62,660 nt of DNA, from NCBI RefSeq assembly GCF_001194135.2, contig NC_068982.1, positions 60,751,993-60,814,652 on the forward strand. Reading direction: 5' to 3'. Source of the DNA: Octopus bimaculoides (lineage: Eukaryota). Positions 37,882 through 49,518 of the stretch are shown one piece after another. How positions within the stretch are numbered: the first letter of the stretch is position 1; the number at the start of each line of letters is the position of its first letter. The position numbers and the translations under genes are program-made. Under the pieces are notes generated by a model that saw nothing but the letters and a program-made list of their open reading frames with translations, ran no database searches and was not told the DNA's origin.

Positions 37882-38611
37882 NNNNNNNNNNNNNNNNNNN
37901 NNNNNNNNNNNNNNNNNNNNNNNNNNNNNNNNNNNNNNNNNNNNNNNNNNNNNNNNNNNNNNNNNNNNNNNNNNNNNNNNNNNNNNNNNNNNNNNNNNNN
38001 NNNNNNNNNNNNNNNNNNNNNNNNNNNNNNNNNNNNNNNNNNNNNNNNNNNNNNNNNNNNNNNNNNNNNNNNNNNNNNNNNNNNNNNNNNNNNNNNNNNN
38101 NNNNNNNNNNNNNNNNNNNNNNNNNNNNNNNNNNNNNNNNNNNNNNNNNNNNNNNNNNNNNNNNNNNNNNNNNNNNNNNNNNNNNNNNNNNNNNNNNNNN
38201 NNNNNNNNNNNNNNNNNNNNNNNNNNNNNNNNNNNNNNNNNNNNNNNNNNNNNNNNNNNNNNNNNNNNNNNNNNNNNNNNNNNNNNNNNNNNNNNNNNNN
38301 NNNNNNNNNNNNNNNNNNNNNNNNNNNNNNNNNNNNNNNNNNNNNNNNNNNNNNNNNNNNNNNNNNNNNNNNNNNNNNNNNNNNNNNNNNNNNNNNNNNN
38401 NNNNNNNNNNNNNNNNNNNNNNNNNNNNNNNNNNNNNNNNNNNNNNNNNNNNNNNNNNNNNNNNNNNNNNNNNNNNNNNNNNNNNNNNNNNNNNNNNNNN
38501 NNNNNNNNNNNNNNNNNNNNNNNNNNNNNNNNNNNNNNNNNNNNNNNNNNNNNNNNNNNNNNNNNNNNNNNNNNNNNNNNNNNNNNNNNNNNNNNNNNNN
38601 NNNNNNNNNNN
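37882..38611. other. Assembly gap (730 N) flanked by a duplicated ~105 bp
   Basis: 37772-37880 is repeated at 38612-38716. Confidence 1.
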
Positions 38612-38628
38612 TCTCTCTTTTTTGCTCT

Positions 38629-38671
<43 letters not shown>

Positions 38672-38677
38672 CATATA

Positions 38678-38716
<39 letters not shown>

Positions 38717-38723
<7 letters not shown>

Positions 38724-39260
38724 TTCCTATACAGCCTGAAGTGGAACCTGGTCATAAAGTGGATACGCCAAGTAGCCAAAAAATGAGACCATCATGTCAT
38801 TTTACTCTAACTTGTGTCTGGTGTTGCTTCTACTGAGTAGACAACAAACATTAAATTTCAGATGGCAGAAACCTAAAATACTTGCTACTGGCAAGAGAAC
38901 ATAAGGGTGACACCCACCACTGCCACCAGTCCACCTTTGTGTCAAAGATGTCTGCAAGACATTTCTCTACATGAACAATGAAAGGTGGGGTGATACTGCT
39001 GGTGATTGCTCCAGCTGGAGACCAGAACTAGGCAAGGTTTAAAAAAAAAAGTGAAGAGAAGCTGATGTTTGCTGATGAAGAAAAGTAAAATCAACACAAA
39101 TACAGCACCAGGACAAGACTTGCAGATACTGACTTCAAATGCAAACTTTGCTCTCAGATTGTCTCTTAGAGATGGGTTGCTACAATCACAGCAGATAGTG
39201 TTCAGACAACAAAAACAAAGCCAGGTGCAGAATCTATGGTCTTGTAAGTTTAATGAATGC
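38717..39260 (+). pseudogene. RTE LINE 3' remnant with terminal Cys/His knuckle
   Basis: DGRNLKY..LATGKRT..VKDVCK..AGDCSSWRPELGK..KKSEEKLMFADEEK..FKCKLCSQ..NHSR.CSD. Confidence 0.75.
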
Positions 39261-39479
39261 CTCCATATATGTGTGTTTGCAAAAACACAAACACACACAC
39301 ACAAACGTGTGTGTGTGCATGTATGTATACATATATATGCATAACAATGCATTATTGTTTACAACCAGAAGGATAAGAAATACTTAATACATCTAAAAGA
39401 TTCTATAAATTTATTAAAATCTGAGATAGTGGCAATGTGAAACTCAGAGAAGCAACATTGTGATACGTCATATATATCT

Positions 39480-39620
39480 TTTATCTTTATTTTATTTTTT
39501 TACATGTTTCAGTCATTTGACTGTGGTCATGCTTGGGCACTGCATTGGAGAATTTTTTAGTCAAATGAATCGACCGCAGTACATTTTTAAGCCTAGTATT
39601 TATACCCTTCTTTTCTTAAA
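39480..39620 (-). mobile_element. SINE-A tail fragment
   Basis: tgtttcagtcatttgactgtggtcatgcttgggcactgc. Confidence 0.75.
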
Positions 39621-39841
39621 TTACTATATATTGTGCCAGTAAAGGTCTAAACTTGCTAGCCATTACTGTATATAACAGTAATAATATGACTTTATATATA
39701 TATATACATATTTATCGTCCCACCCATGCCAGGTGTTCTGTGATGGCAAGATCAACAAGAAAAGTACTCCATCTGGTGCGGGATAAATAGTATTTGATAA
39801 ACACAATATATGTATTTATGTGCTACTGTTAGTTACATTGC

Positions 39842-39967
39842 TGAAAGCATGCCAGACAGTGCCTCTTAACACATCTGATGTTCTAGTTTGTTATACCGTG
39901 TGGGCAGTATCTGATGATAGTATTAAGACACCAGATGTGTTAAAAAACACTGTTTGGCATGCTCTCA
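39842..39967. other. 126-nt imperfect hairpin (20 bp + 4x4 internal loop + 16 bp, 46-nt apical loop)
   Basis: tgaaagcatgccagacagtg pairs with cactgtttggcatgctctca; ttaacacatctgatgt pairs with acaccagatgtgttaa. Confidence 0.85.
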
Positions 39968-40033
39968 TTACTTGGAACCAATAGTAACACATAAAAACAT
40001 ATATGATGTTTATCAAATAATAAATGTGTGTGT

Positions 40034-40083
<50 letters not shown>

Positions 40084-40259
40084 GAAGCCCACAAAACTTT
40101 AAGTCGCATGGAGCCGAATCAAACTGTTTTAAATAATATATACGTGTGTGTGTGTGTGCGTGTGTGTGTGTGCACATGCGTGCGTATGCATATGTATATG
40201 TGTGTGTGTGCATGTACCTGCGTGTGTGTGTGCATGTGTGTGTGTGTGTGTGTGTACAT

Positions 40260-41305
40260 TATCATCATCATCATAGTTTATCATCTATCTTCCCTGCTGG
40301 CAAGGGTCCAATGGTTTGACAGGAACTGGCAAGACAGAGAGCTGCACCAAGCTCCACTATCTGTTTTGACATAGTTTCTTCCCAGTGCCAAACACTTTTA
40401 GAGTCTGCTGAGTGCTTTTTACGTGGTACAAGCACTGGTGATTTTTTATGTGGCACCAACACCAGTGGGGTCACCAAGTAACTTGTGAGATGAACACTTT
40501 TCAGCTAGAAGAGCAAGTGCACTCAAGGCTAGTGGCTTTGTAACAGGTGAGAGGTTAGAGTGTAACAGAGGGATAATGATAGGAATCTTACTATAGAGAA
40601 GATACTTGGCTATCTCGGTAAGAATAGAAAGGTGAAGGAGAGATAGAGTTAGAAAGAAAAATAGGGAGATAGTCAGATGTAGAGAGAGAGAAATAAATGG
40701 TGTTGCAGATGCATTAAGATGTACCCACAGGGAACAGTGGGGAAGTAAAAGGAGTACAGAGGAGATAGAGAGGGATGTTCCATAAGAGTGTGAGGAGAGA
40801 TATATAGAGACGGGGAAGAGGTGACTGTAACATGTGATGGTGAGAGAAATTGGAGTGGCTAGAATTGGGATCTCTTGGGAAGATGGGTTGTAGGAAGTTT
40901 TGCCTAAGGACAGATTGTTGTAGGGAGCATGACTATAAAGGACATGCTTGTATATATGGACGGCCATGATTTTATTTAGCTTGACATGTCGTCTCAAACA
41001 CAGCAAATTGCCTGAAGTCTTGGTCCCTTGTAATTTCCTTTATGGGGGGTCAACATCTGAAGATCATTTCTCACCACTTTATCTCATATCTTCCTGGGTT
41101 TACTTTTACTGCAGATTCCCCCCACAGACATTGGCATTTCTTTATGCAGTAGTACTCAGCCATATGCATTACATGACCATACTAACACAGTTTTTTTCAC
41201 TTGCACACTACATCTCAGGTTTCTTCTATCAAATTCTCCTCTTGAAACATTTGCACCCTGTCGTACATGTACACTGACATTGCACATCCAAAGAAGCATG
41301 CTGGA
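40260..41305 (-). mobile_element. RTE LINE 3' end: coding remnant (40960-41305), ~450-bp UTR, family C module, (GAT)n tail
   Basis: SMLLWMCNVSVHVRQGANVSR..RCSVQ matches the RTE at 28.8 kb; continuous into the C module at 40480-40260. Confidence 0.8.
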
Positions 41306-41320
41306 TTTATATATGCATAC

Positions 41321-41359
<39 letters not shown>

Positions 41360-41373
<14 letters not shown>

Positions 41374-41799
41374 ATCATGCACACTTAAAAATATGTATGT
41401 ATAAGTGTATATATTTGTTTATATATAAATATATATGTGTGTGTGTGTGTGTAAGTATATATCTTTATATAAGTATATATATGTATATATATATATGTGT
41501 GTGTGTGGGTGTGTGTGTGTGCGTGTGTGTGTGTGTTTGTATGCACGCACATACGTATATATCATCATCATCATCATCGTTTAACGTCCACTTTCCATGC
41601 TAGCATGGAAAGCGGATGTTACCCGATGATGATGATGATGATGATATGTATGTATATGCGTGCATATATATATACATATATATACTTATATAAAGGTATA
41701 TACTTACACACACACACACACATATATATTTATATATAAACAAATATATATACTTATACATACATATTTTTAAGTGTGCATGATTGTGTATATATATAT
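41360..41799. repeat. Long fold-back inverted duplication (palindrome) centred at 41601/41602
   Basis: Perfect 22-bp centre ctttccatgctagcatggaaag; the arms (~242 and ~198 bp) are near-reverse-complementary. Confidence 0.95.
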
Positions 41800-41908
41800 C
41801 TGTGTGTGTATCTCTCTTGCTCACTCACTCTCCCCCCCTCTCTCAGTATACATAAACATACTGATATCTTGCATATTATATATTACAAGTATAATATACG
41901 TACACATA

Positions 41909-41911
<3 letters not shown>

Positions 41912-41983
<72 letters not shown>
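41912..41983. repeat. (TA)n microsatellite
   Basis: Direct reading. Confidence 0.95.
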
Positions 41984-41986
<3 letters not shown>

Positions 41987-42830
41987 TGTATATGTCCATG
42001 TATCACCATACATGTGTTTGTATGAATGTACGTATGTATGTATGTATATAGATATGTATGTATGTATGTATGTATGATGTATGTAGCTAATTATAAATAT
42101 AATTAGAAAAATGACAGGTGTAAATATTGTGCTCCCTTTAATACGTAATTAAAATTCCCCTATAAATGATGTTTTAACATTTTTCCCTAATATAAAGAAA
42201 TATCGATGTGACCGTATGTGTGTCTGATCATTTCAAAACAAACTGATGTAACTTCTTGTAAGCTGTCTCAACTTATACAAAGCTAATACTTTAAAGAATC
42301 TACATATTTTACTCATCTGATTTATAATCTAAATTAAAATCATAGTTAAGAAACCACCAGGTAATGGTAAAAACAAACAACAAAAATTAAATGAAATAAA
42401 TATTTTAAAAAAATAAACATTGAAAACAAGGCTAATAATCTAACCAGTGATCTGTGCAGTGAACCTAACAAGGCAGCCATTGGGTAATTCAAGCAATCAA
42501 TTAAAATACTCAGCCTACTAAACAGCTAACCAACCAACAGAGCCAACAAACTAGTAATCAAAGAAACAAGATAAAAATCGAGAAACAAAGTCAATAAATA
42601 TGGGGGCCCCATAATTAAATGTCTTTGATCAAGTGTCAGTCATAGGCAATTTCACAAATTGTCATAATCATTAAGTTCTAAGGTTCAACAATCATTCCAT
42701 GAAGATAACATAAAAATTGTTTGCATAAATACCAGACACCAGTTCATACAGTATATTGCTGTCTGTTCATATACAAATACATACATACATGCATACATAC
42801 AAAAACATACATATACCCCTATCTTTGATA

Positions 42831-42896
<66 letters not shown>

Positions 42897-43366
42897 NNNN
42901 NNNNNNNNNNNNNNNNNNNNNNNNNNNNNNNNNNNNNNNNNNNNNNNNNNNNNNNNNNNNNNNNNNNNNNNNNNNNNNNNNNNNNNNNNNNNNNNNNNNN
43001 NNNNNNNNNNNNNNNNNNNNNNNNNNNNNNNNNNNNNNNNNNNNNNNNNNNNNNNNNNNNNNNNNNNNNNNNNNNNNNNNNNNNNNNNNNNNNNNNNNNN
43101 NNNNNNNNNNNNNNNNNNNNNNNNNNNNNNNNNNNNNNNNNNNNNNNNNNNNNNNNNNNNNNNNNNNNNNNNNNNNNNNNNNNNNNNNNNNNNNNNNNNN
43201 NNNNNNNNNNNNNNNNNNNNNNNNNNNNNNNNNNNNNNNNNNNNNNNNNNNNNNNNNNNNNNNNNNNNNNNNNNNNNNNNNNNNNNNNNNNNNNNNNNNN
43301 NNNNNNNNNNNNNNNNNNNNNNNNNNNNNNNNNNNNNNNNNNNNNNNNNNNNNNNNNNNNNNNNNN
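42897..43366. other. Assembly gap (470 N) within (TA)n
   Basis: N run. Confidence 1.
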
Positions 43367-43410
<44 letters not shown>

Positions 43411-43859
43411 CGTGTTCCAGTAGAAGCATCAGTGCATTTTACTGAGAGGCATGTACTTAAATGTCCATGGATAACATTAATAATAATAATTATTATTTCA
43501 TTATTTCTTAGACATAAAAGAAGATATTGTTCAAGAGAAAAGACAGAGCTGAGTATATCAAGCATAGTATATTACTGCCAATAATTACATGCATGCACAC
43601 ACACACATACACACACACTTATATACACACATAAACACTCACATACTTGCTAATATTTAAATCACTGCGTTGATTGGATGGCACTGTTAATTCTGAGATT
43701 TGTGTTTAAGTCTATAAGGTGTTTTCATGTTATCAGGAGACTAAAGAAGGAGCCTGTTTTGTGAGAGAGAAACTGGAATATGTAGATGCATAGATTCTGT
43801 GTATGATAAGATTATAACAGAATATAAATCATTGTATCTGAAATAGTAATAGTGATAGC

Positions 43860-45050
43860 AAAACAACTCAGTGGTCCAGGTTTCATCACCCATGATCTTT
43901 GCAAGCCTTCCAAAACCAGTGAGTTTGATACCATTAATGTTCTGTTTAAATCAGTGGTTCCCAACCATTATTTTGCCTATGAACTGTTTTGGTTCCAATT
44001 TTACTCTACTGGATCCTAATAAACATTCAATGTTTGAAAAAATATCATTATATTTTTATAATTAAATATTATTAGGAATTGCATTAAAAAAAAATCATTA
44101 AAATATTTTGTGTACTATAGGAGTATAAATAATTTTAACAGTAAAATCTCATGTGAACCCTGGTTGAGACCCAATGATCTAAACTGTGACAAGCCAACAC
44201 CTGAATGAAAGACATGAGGAGGGAGAAGATTCTGGAAGGCTGATTTTTTCGAGAGAAAGAACTCAGCATACTGGTTAGTGCAGGAGCAAGGGTGTAGGAA
44301 AGAGGATTCAGTCAAAAGGCACAAGGTTAGTCAAATTTGAGGAACTAAGGCCATTATAGTAGTATATTATAGGCTCCCAAGCAAATCAGTGAACTGGGCC
44401 CAATAATATGTATTGAAAGCTAGCTACAACATACATTGATCAAACTGGGACCTTAGGTCTTTGAGACCCCCTAGGGCAGTGAGGCCCCTGGATAGCTGCC
44501 TATGTCCATGTAGACAGCAGTGGACATGCCTGTGGACCAGGGGCTGAAGCATGTTTGCGAGTGATTGAATACAAATTTGTTGAGTGGCCTTTCTCTTGAT
44601 GAGGTCAAAGATGTTTGTGTACATAGTAACAGTACCATCGTAGACGTGGGAACAGTACTCCATTGTTGGATGTAGTTGAACAACAAAGACAAACATGGAC
44701 ACATTAAATATCATACACCATAAATTTCTGATTTATGAAAATCATCACCACTTACAAAAATGTAAGAACAACTGGTTAGTGGCAGTTTGGACTAGCTCCA
44801 AATGTGAAGAGGAGAGCCAACTTGGATTGTAAGAAGCTAAGTGCCAAAACACTTGCCTGAGGAGGGGTTTCTTTGAAGATCTGCTGTTCAGCTCTCTTGA
44901 GAGTTTTTTACCACTAACATCAGTGAAACCGTTTTAGTTAACTCTAAATCAAAATTTAGCCTAACCAGAGACACCAAAGTAAATTGGAAACATAATATGG
45001 AATCCCCTATCCGTGACTGTGAAAGAGTCCAAACCTCCAGTCAAATAAAG
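43860..45050 (-). pseudogene. L2/CR1-group LINE 3' remnant (RT C-terminus and tail)
   Basis: PTMEYCSHVYDG..IFDLIKRKATQ.I..SLANMLQPLVHR...HP..CTNQYAEFF..SAFQNLLPPHVF..LSQF matches RPxMEYCSHxW..LQPLxHRR..WNxLP. The part upstream of 44720 is weaker. Confidence 0.7.
43952..44176. mobile_element. hAT (Charlie-like) MITE, 225 bp, degenerate 8-bp TSD
   Basis: Left end CAGTGGTTCCCAACC; right-end reverse complement CATTGGGTCTCAACC; flanks gtttaaat and atctaaac differ only by transitions. Confidence 0.75.
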
Positions 45051-45134
45051 TTTTCCCTATTACAAGATTCACCTTTTATTTTGGATGGCTTAATAATGCA
45101 AAGATTGTGTAAAATTTGATACAGACATAATATA

Positions 45135-45350
45135 ATTGTTCAGACTTAGGCACAAGGTCTTGAATTTGTAATTTTGATGAGAGAAAGGTAATCAATACCA
45201 AATACCTCCAATACTGACTTGTACTTAATTCTATTGATCTCAGAAGGATAAAAGGTAAAGTTGATCTTGGCAGAATTTTGAATGCAGAACACAAAAAATC
45301 AGAAGAAACACTGCAAGGCATTTTTGCCAACTCTCTAATGATTCTTCTTA
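45135..45350 (-). mobile_element. SINE family B
   Basis: cttaggcacaagg...gaaggataaaaggtaaagttgatcttggcagaattttgaa. Confidence 0.85.
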
Positions 45351-45370
45351 GGTTGCAACTTTTCTATAGA

Positions 45371-45401
<31 letters not shown>

Positions 45402-45402
45402 G

Positions 45403-45433
<31 letters not shown>

Positions 45434-45445
45434 AATAATAATAAT

Positions 45446-45660
45446 TATTCAGACAAATACATAACAAAAACACCAGGACTTACAAATATATATAACATAC
45501 AGAAAATTGCACTACTGGGTACTGCACACATTCTACGCAAAACACTTTCAATACAGTAAACATAAGAGCACCACAGCAAACCACAGCACATACCCAAGGC
45601 GCACAGAGCTGCGCTCGGTAGTGAAGTGAAAGCACGTTATAAAAATAAAACAAATGAACA
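45446..45660 (+). mobile_element. 5'-truncated R4/Dong-clade (RLE) non-LTR retrotransposon 3' end inside (TAA)n
   Basis: NIQKIALLGTAHILRKTLSIQ* is the typical R4/Dong/Rex6 C-terminus; (AAT)n flanks both sides. Confidence 0.8.
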
Positions 45661-45689
45661 ATAATAATAATAATAATAATAAATAATAA

Positions 45690-45906
45690 TGGTTTCAAAT
45701 TTTGCCAAAAGGGCAGAAATTTTGAGGGAGGAGTAAATCAATTATATTTTGGGGGAGGGGTAAGTCAACTGGTACTTAATTTATCGACCCTGGAAGGATG
45801 ACAGGCAAAGTTGACCTTGATGGAATTTGAACTCAGAACAAGAAGACAGACGAAATACTGCTAAGAATTTCACCTGGCATACTAATGATTCTGCCAGCTC
45901 ACTGCC
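45690..45906 (-). mobile_element. SINE family B
   Basis: ggtttcaaattttgcc...ttatcgaccctggaaggatgacaggcaaagttgacc...ctgccagctcactgcc. Confidence 0.9.
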
Positions 45907-45907
<1 letters not shown>

Positions 45908-45972
<65 letters not shown>

Positions 45973-45990
45973 GTAATAATAATAATGATT

Positions 45991-46037
<47 letters not shown>

Positions 46038-46050
46038 AATGATGATGATA
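45908..46050. repeat. (AAT)n to (GAT)n compound trinucleotide microsatellite
   Basis: Direct reading; source of the poly-N/D/I/H/Y pseudo-ORFs. Confidence 0.95.
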
Positions 46051-47714
46051 AATCTTGTCTTCTGTTTTGTATTTTGATTTTTGTTCATCAACGAATGTTC
46101 TTTCTACCAATTATGTAATCTTCTACTTGTTTACCAATGAAAATTCTTTCTGTGAAGTACATCTCCCTCTACCCATTCACCAATAAAAGTTCATTCCACC
46201 ATGTATATTTCCTATGATTTTGTTCACCTACAAAAATTCGTTTCACCATATACTTTTTGCTTTGCTTGTTCACAAATAAATGTTCTTTTTAACATGTATA
46301 TTTCCTCTAGCTATTCACCAACAAAAGTTCTTCTTGTGATATTCATCACCCTCATTTGTTCACCAATAAAAGTTTTGTCTACCTCTGCCTCTTCTTGAAC
46401 ACCAATATCATAGCTTTATCATCCCTATTCTGTATTAGCCCATTGCTGGCTTTAAAATGCTCCTTCTTACCATGCCAGAAATAGCAGCTAAATCTTCCTC
46501 AACCCACATCCTATCATATAAAATAATCTAAATTATACATTTGATAGTGCATTCATGGCTGTAATCCTGTTTATTATAAATCTGCTTGATCATAGCTGGC
46601 TTGTACAAAACAACATGAATTTAGAAGCTATTTAGTATTTATCAAAAGCAAAAGGCAAACCAATGTGTTTACATGTAAAACTTTGTGACTTTCTTTCTAT
46701 CATTTACTATAATGGCTTTCACACATTTCACTTGGACAGCTACAGCCTAAGCAGAATGAATTGGTTCCACTGCACACATTTCTCTCTATTTTTCATTGCA
46801 TTTCATTCACCACTCCTGCCAGACTTTATATACACTATATACAACATTACATTACACTGGAATTCTTTTATCCATTGCTGCCTTTTACTAACCATCATCT
46901 CTTTTGAAAACATCACAGTCACACCCGTCATGTACAAATAAACAATGAATCCACTAATACTTTGGATTTATCTCAGTTCTAAAATAACTTGACTGTTTAG
47001 AAGTTAAAAAAACATTTTTAATTACACACACCATGGTAAGGCTTTCATGATAATACAACCAAAGCTGCTTTTATCTTCAACTCAATCGTTGGGATTCACT
47101 TTAGTTAAATAATTAAATAAAAATGTGATTTACAAGTGTGGGTAAACAGCATCATTACATATGGTCTTTTTCCTACACTAAAAGATTATCTAATTTGATA
47201 TGTTTCTTTAAAGCAAAGTTCCTTTAAAGACCATGGTTTGAAATAATGTTACTTGCTGTTAACCTTCAATTTTAATAGATATTCAAAGTGAAGTAAATGT
47301 CTATGAATTTCGTGATTGAGGGTCACAAAAGACAAAACTCTTAAGCTCTGATCTAAATGCAAATTCAATAAATGAATGCAGTCACTGGAGCAAACTGATA
47401 AACTGCCTTATTTTGATGCAAACATAATGTTGATTGATTCTGAAGTAGCAACATTTGTTGGCCAGACTGTGATACGCTTCATATTATTAAATGTTTTTTT
47501 TTTGTTTTTTGTTTTTTTTTTTTACCATAAACTCAATCTACTTTAGAAACTGATTGAGTTCAGGAAACTCTTTGATAATTTTTCATATTAATAGTGAAGA
47601 GTGACAAAGGTGATCATGGCAGTGATGGTGATGATTAGAGTCTAGTGATCCATGCTAGAAACCCAAGAAGAAAAATTAATAAACATGCTGTCTTGGTATC
47701 TCTTATATTTACCT

Positions 47715-48104
47715 TTATCCAGTCATTTGGATCATGGCCATGCTGGGGCACTGCTTTGAAGGGTTTAGTTGACAAAATCCACCTCAGTACTTATTTTTAA
47801 GCCCGGTACTTGTTTTACCAATCTTTTTTACTAAATTGCTAGATGACAGGAATTTAAACAAATCAACACTGGTTGTGAAGTAGTGAAGGAACACAAATAC
47901 ACACATATATACATACACATGTACACAAATACACATATATATACAACAGGTTTCCACACAGTCTCTGTTTACCAAATTCCCTTGCATGGCATTGCTCAGC
48001 TTGGAGCTATAATAGAAAACACTGGTGCTAGGCATCCAGTAGTGAGACTGAACTTGAAACTACATGGTTGCAATGCAAGCCTATTAACCACACACCCACA
48101 CCTG
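47715..48104 (-). mobile_element. SINE family A, diverged
   Basis: gtcatttggatcatggccatgctggggcactgc...gtgagactgaacttgaaac..accacacacccacacctg. Confidence 0.8.
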
Positions 48105-48325
48105 TAAATAAATACATTATATTTAGTAAAAAAAAAAAAGGGCAGAGATTTCCTTCAATTCTTTTATAGAAAAGAATCAAAGTTACTCAACAATAACTAA
48201 AGGTTACAGAAAAATCCAGAAGTTGTCAGTCAGTGGAGATTAATAAAAAGGCATTTCAGTTTCTGATTCCCAGGTTTCACATAACGTAAGACCTGTCACA
48301 GTCCAGTAATTTCACCTACTATACA

Positions 48326-48538
48326 AGGTGGCAAGCTGGCAGAATCGTTAGAATGCTGGGCAAAATGCCTAGCAGCATTTTGTACATTTTCATGTTCTGA
48401 GTTCAATTTCTGCTAAGGTCAACTTTGCCTCTCATCCTTTTCAGGTCGATAAAAAAAGTACCAGTAAAATATTGGGGTTGATGTAATTGACTTGCCACCA
48501 CCCTCGAAATTTCTGGCCTTGTGCTAAAATTTGAAACC
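48326..48538 (+). mobile_element. SINE family B
   Basis: ggtggcaagctggcagaatcgttag...ttctgagttcaatttc...ggccttgtgctaaaatttgaaacc. Confidence 0.9.
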
Positions 48539-48759
48539 TATATCACTTACTATATAAGAAAGGCCTTATAGCAACTATATGTCTTCAGAGGATGCTGTAG
48601 AAAGTGAAGTGATATCCTTCAGAGACACAAACCTCCAGTCATGTACATTATTGGATGAGACTGCATCAGTGAAGTTCCATAAAGTCAAGCCTAATGGAGA
48701 ACCTATATGTTAACATGAATAGCAAGAAATAGCAGCCAAATTTCACCCAAATCACACCA

Positions 48760-49155
48760 AATAACATCATTTTCCATGCTGGTTTGTGTTGGATCGGTTG
48801 ATATGCTTCAAGTCAGTTCTTACTCAAAGACAATACCCTCCAGTGGTCAAGGGACCACACTTCATCATCATCCTCATCATCATCAGCAGCAGCATTGTCA
48901 TCATCATTGTTGTCAACATCACCGTCATCATTTTTTTAACATCCATTTTTCTATACTTGCATGGGTTTGGGTAGAATTTGTCAAGGCAGATTTTCTACCA
49001 CCAGGTACCTTTTCTGTTACCAAGCCGAATCTATTTCTAAGTGAAATAAATATTTCCCTATAACCAGACGTCTTTGCACAGAAGATTGGAAGTGAAGGAC
49101 ACTGCTTGCATGACAGGGATAACCATTTACAACTTTCAAGTAATGTCAAGGCAAG
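48760..49155 (-). mobile_element. Two C-type tails (one of the composite A/C SINE type)
   Basis: catcattttccatgctgg at 48767; aacatccatttttctatacttgcatggg...aggcagattttctac at 48938-49000. Confidence 0.6.
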
Positions 49156-49429
49156 AAAGGAAGGAAGGAAGGAAGGAAGCATGATATAGTATGCAAGAAA
49201 GCTCTTTGAATTGCAGATACAGTCCACCTGAAAGACTTCTACACAATATTTTCATCAACCCATTTTCACCCACAACGCTTGGACCAATGTAAGGTTCTGC
49301 TCTGGGATCAAATCTTGATTACAAAACAAACTTTTCAATGACTCTACTGCACTAATACCATACACACACACACACTCTCTCTCTCTCTCTCTCACACACA
49401 CACATGCACACACACACTTTCTCTCTTTC

Positions 49430-49439
49430 NNNNNNNNNN
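49430..49439. other. Assembly gap (10 N) with overlapping flanks
   Basis: cacactttctctctttc occurs on both sides. Confidence 1.
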
Positions 49440-49474
49440 CACACTTTCTCTCTTTCTCCCTCTCTTTCCCTCCT

Positions 49475-49518
<44 letters not shown>

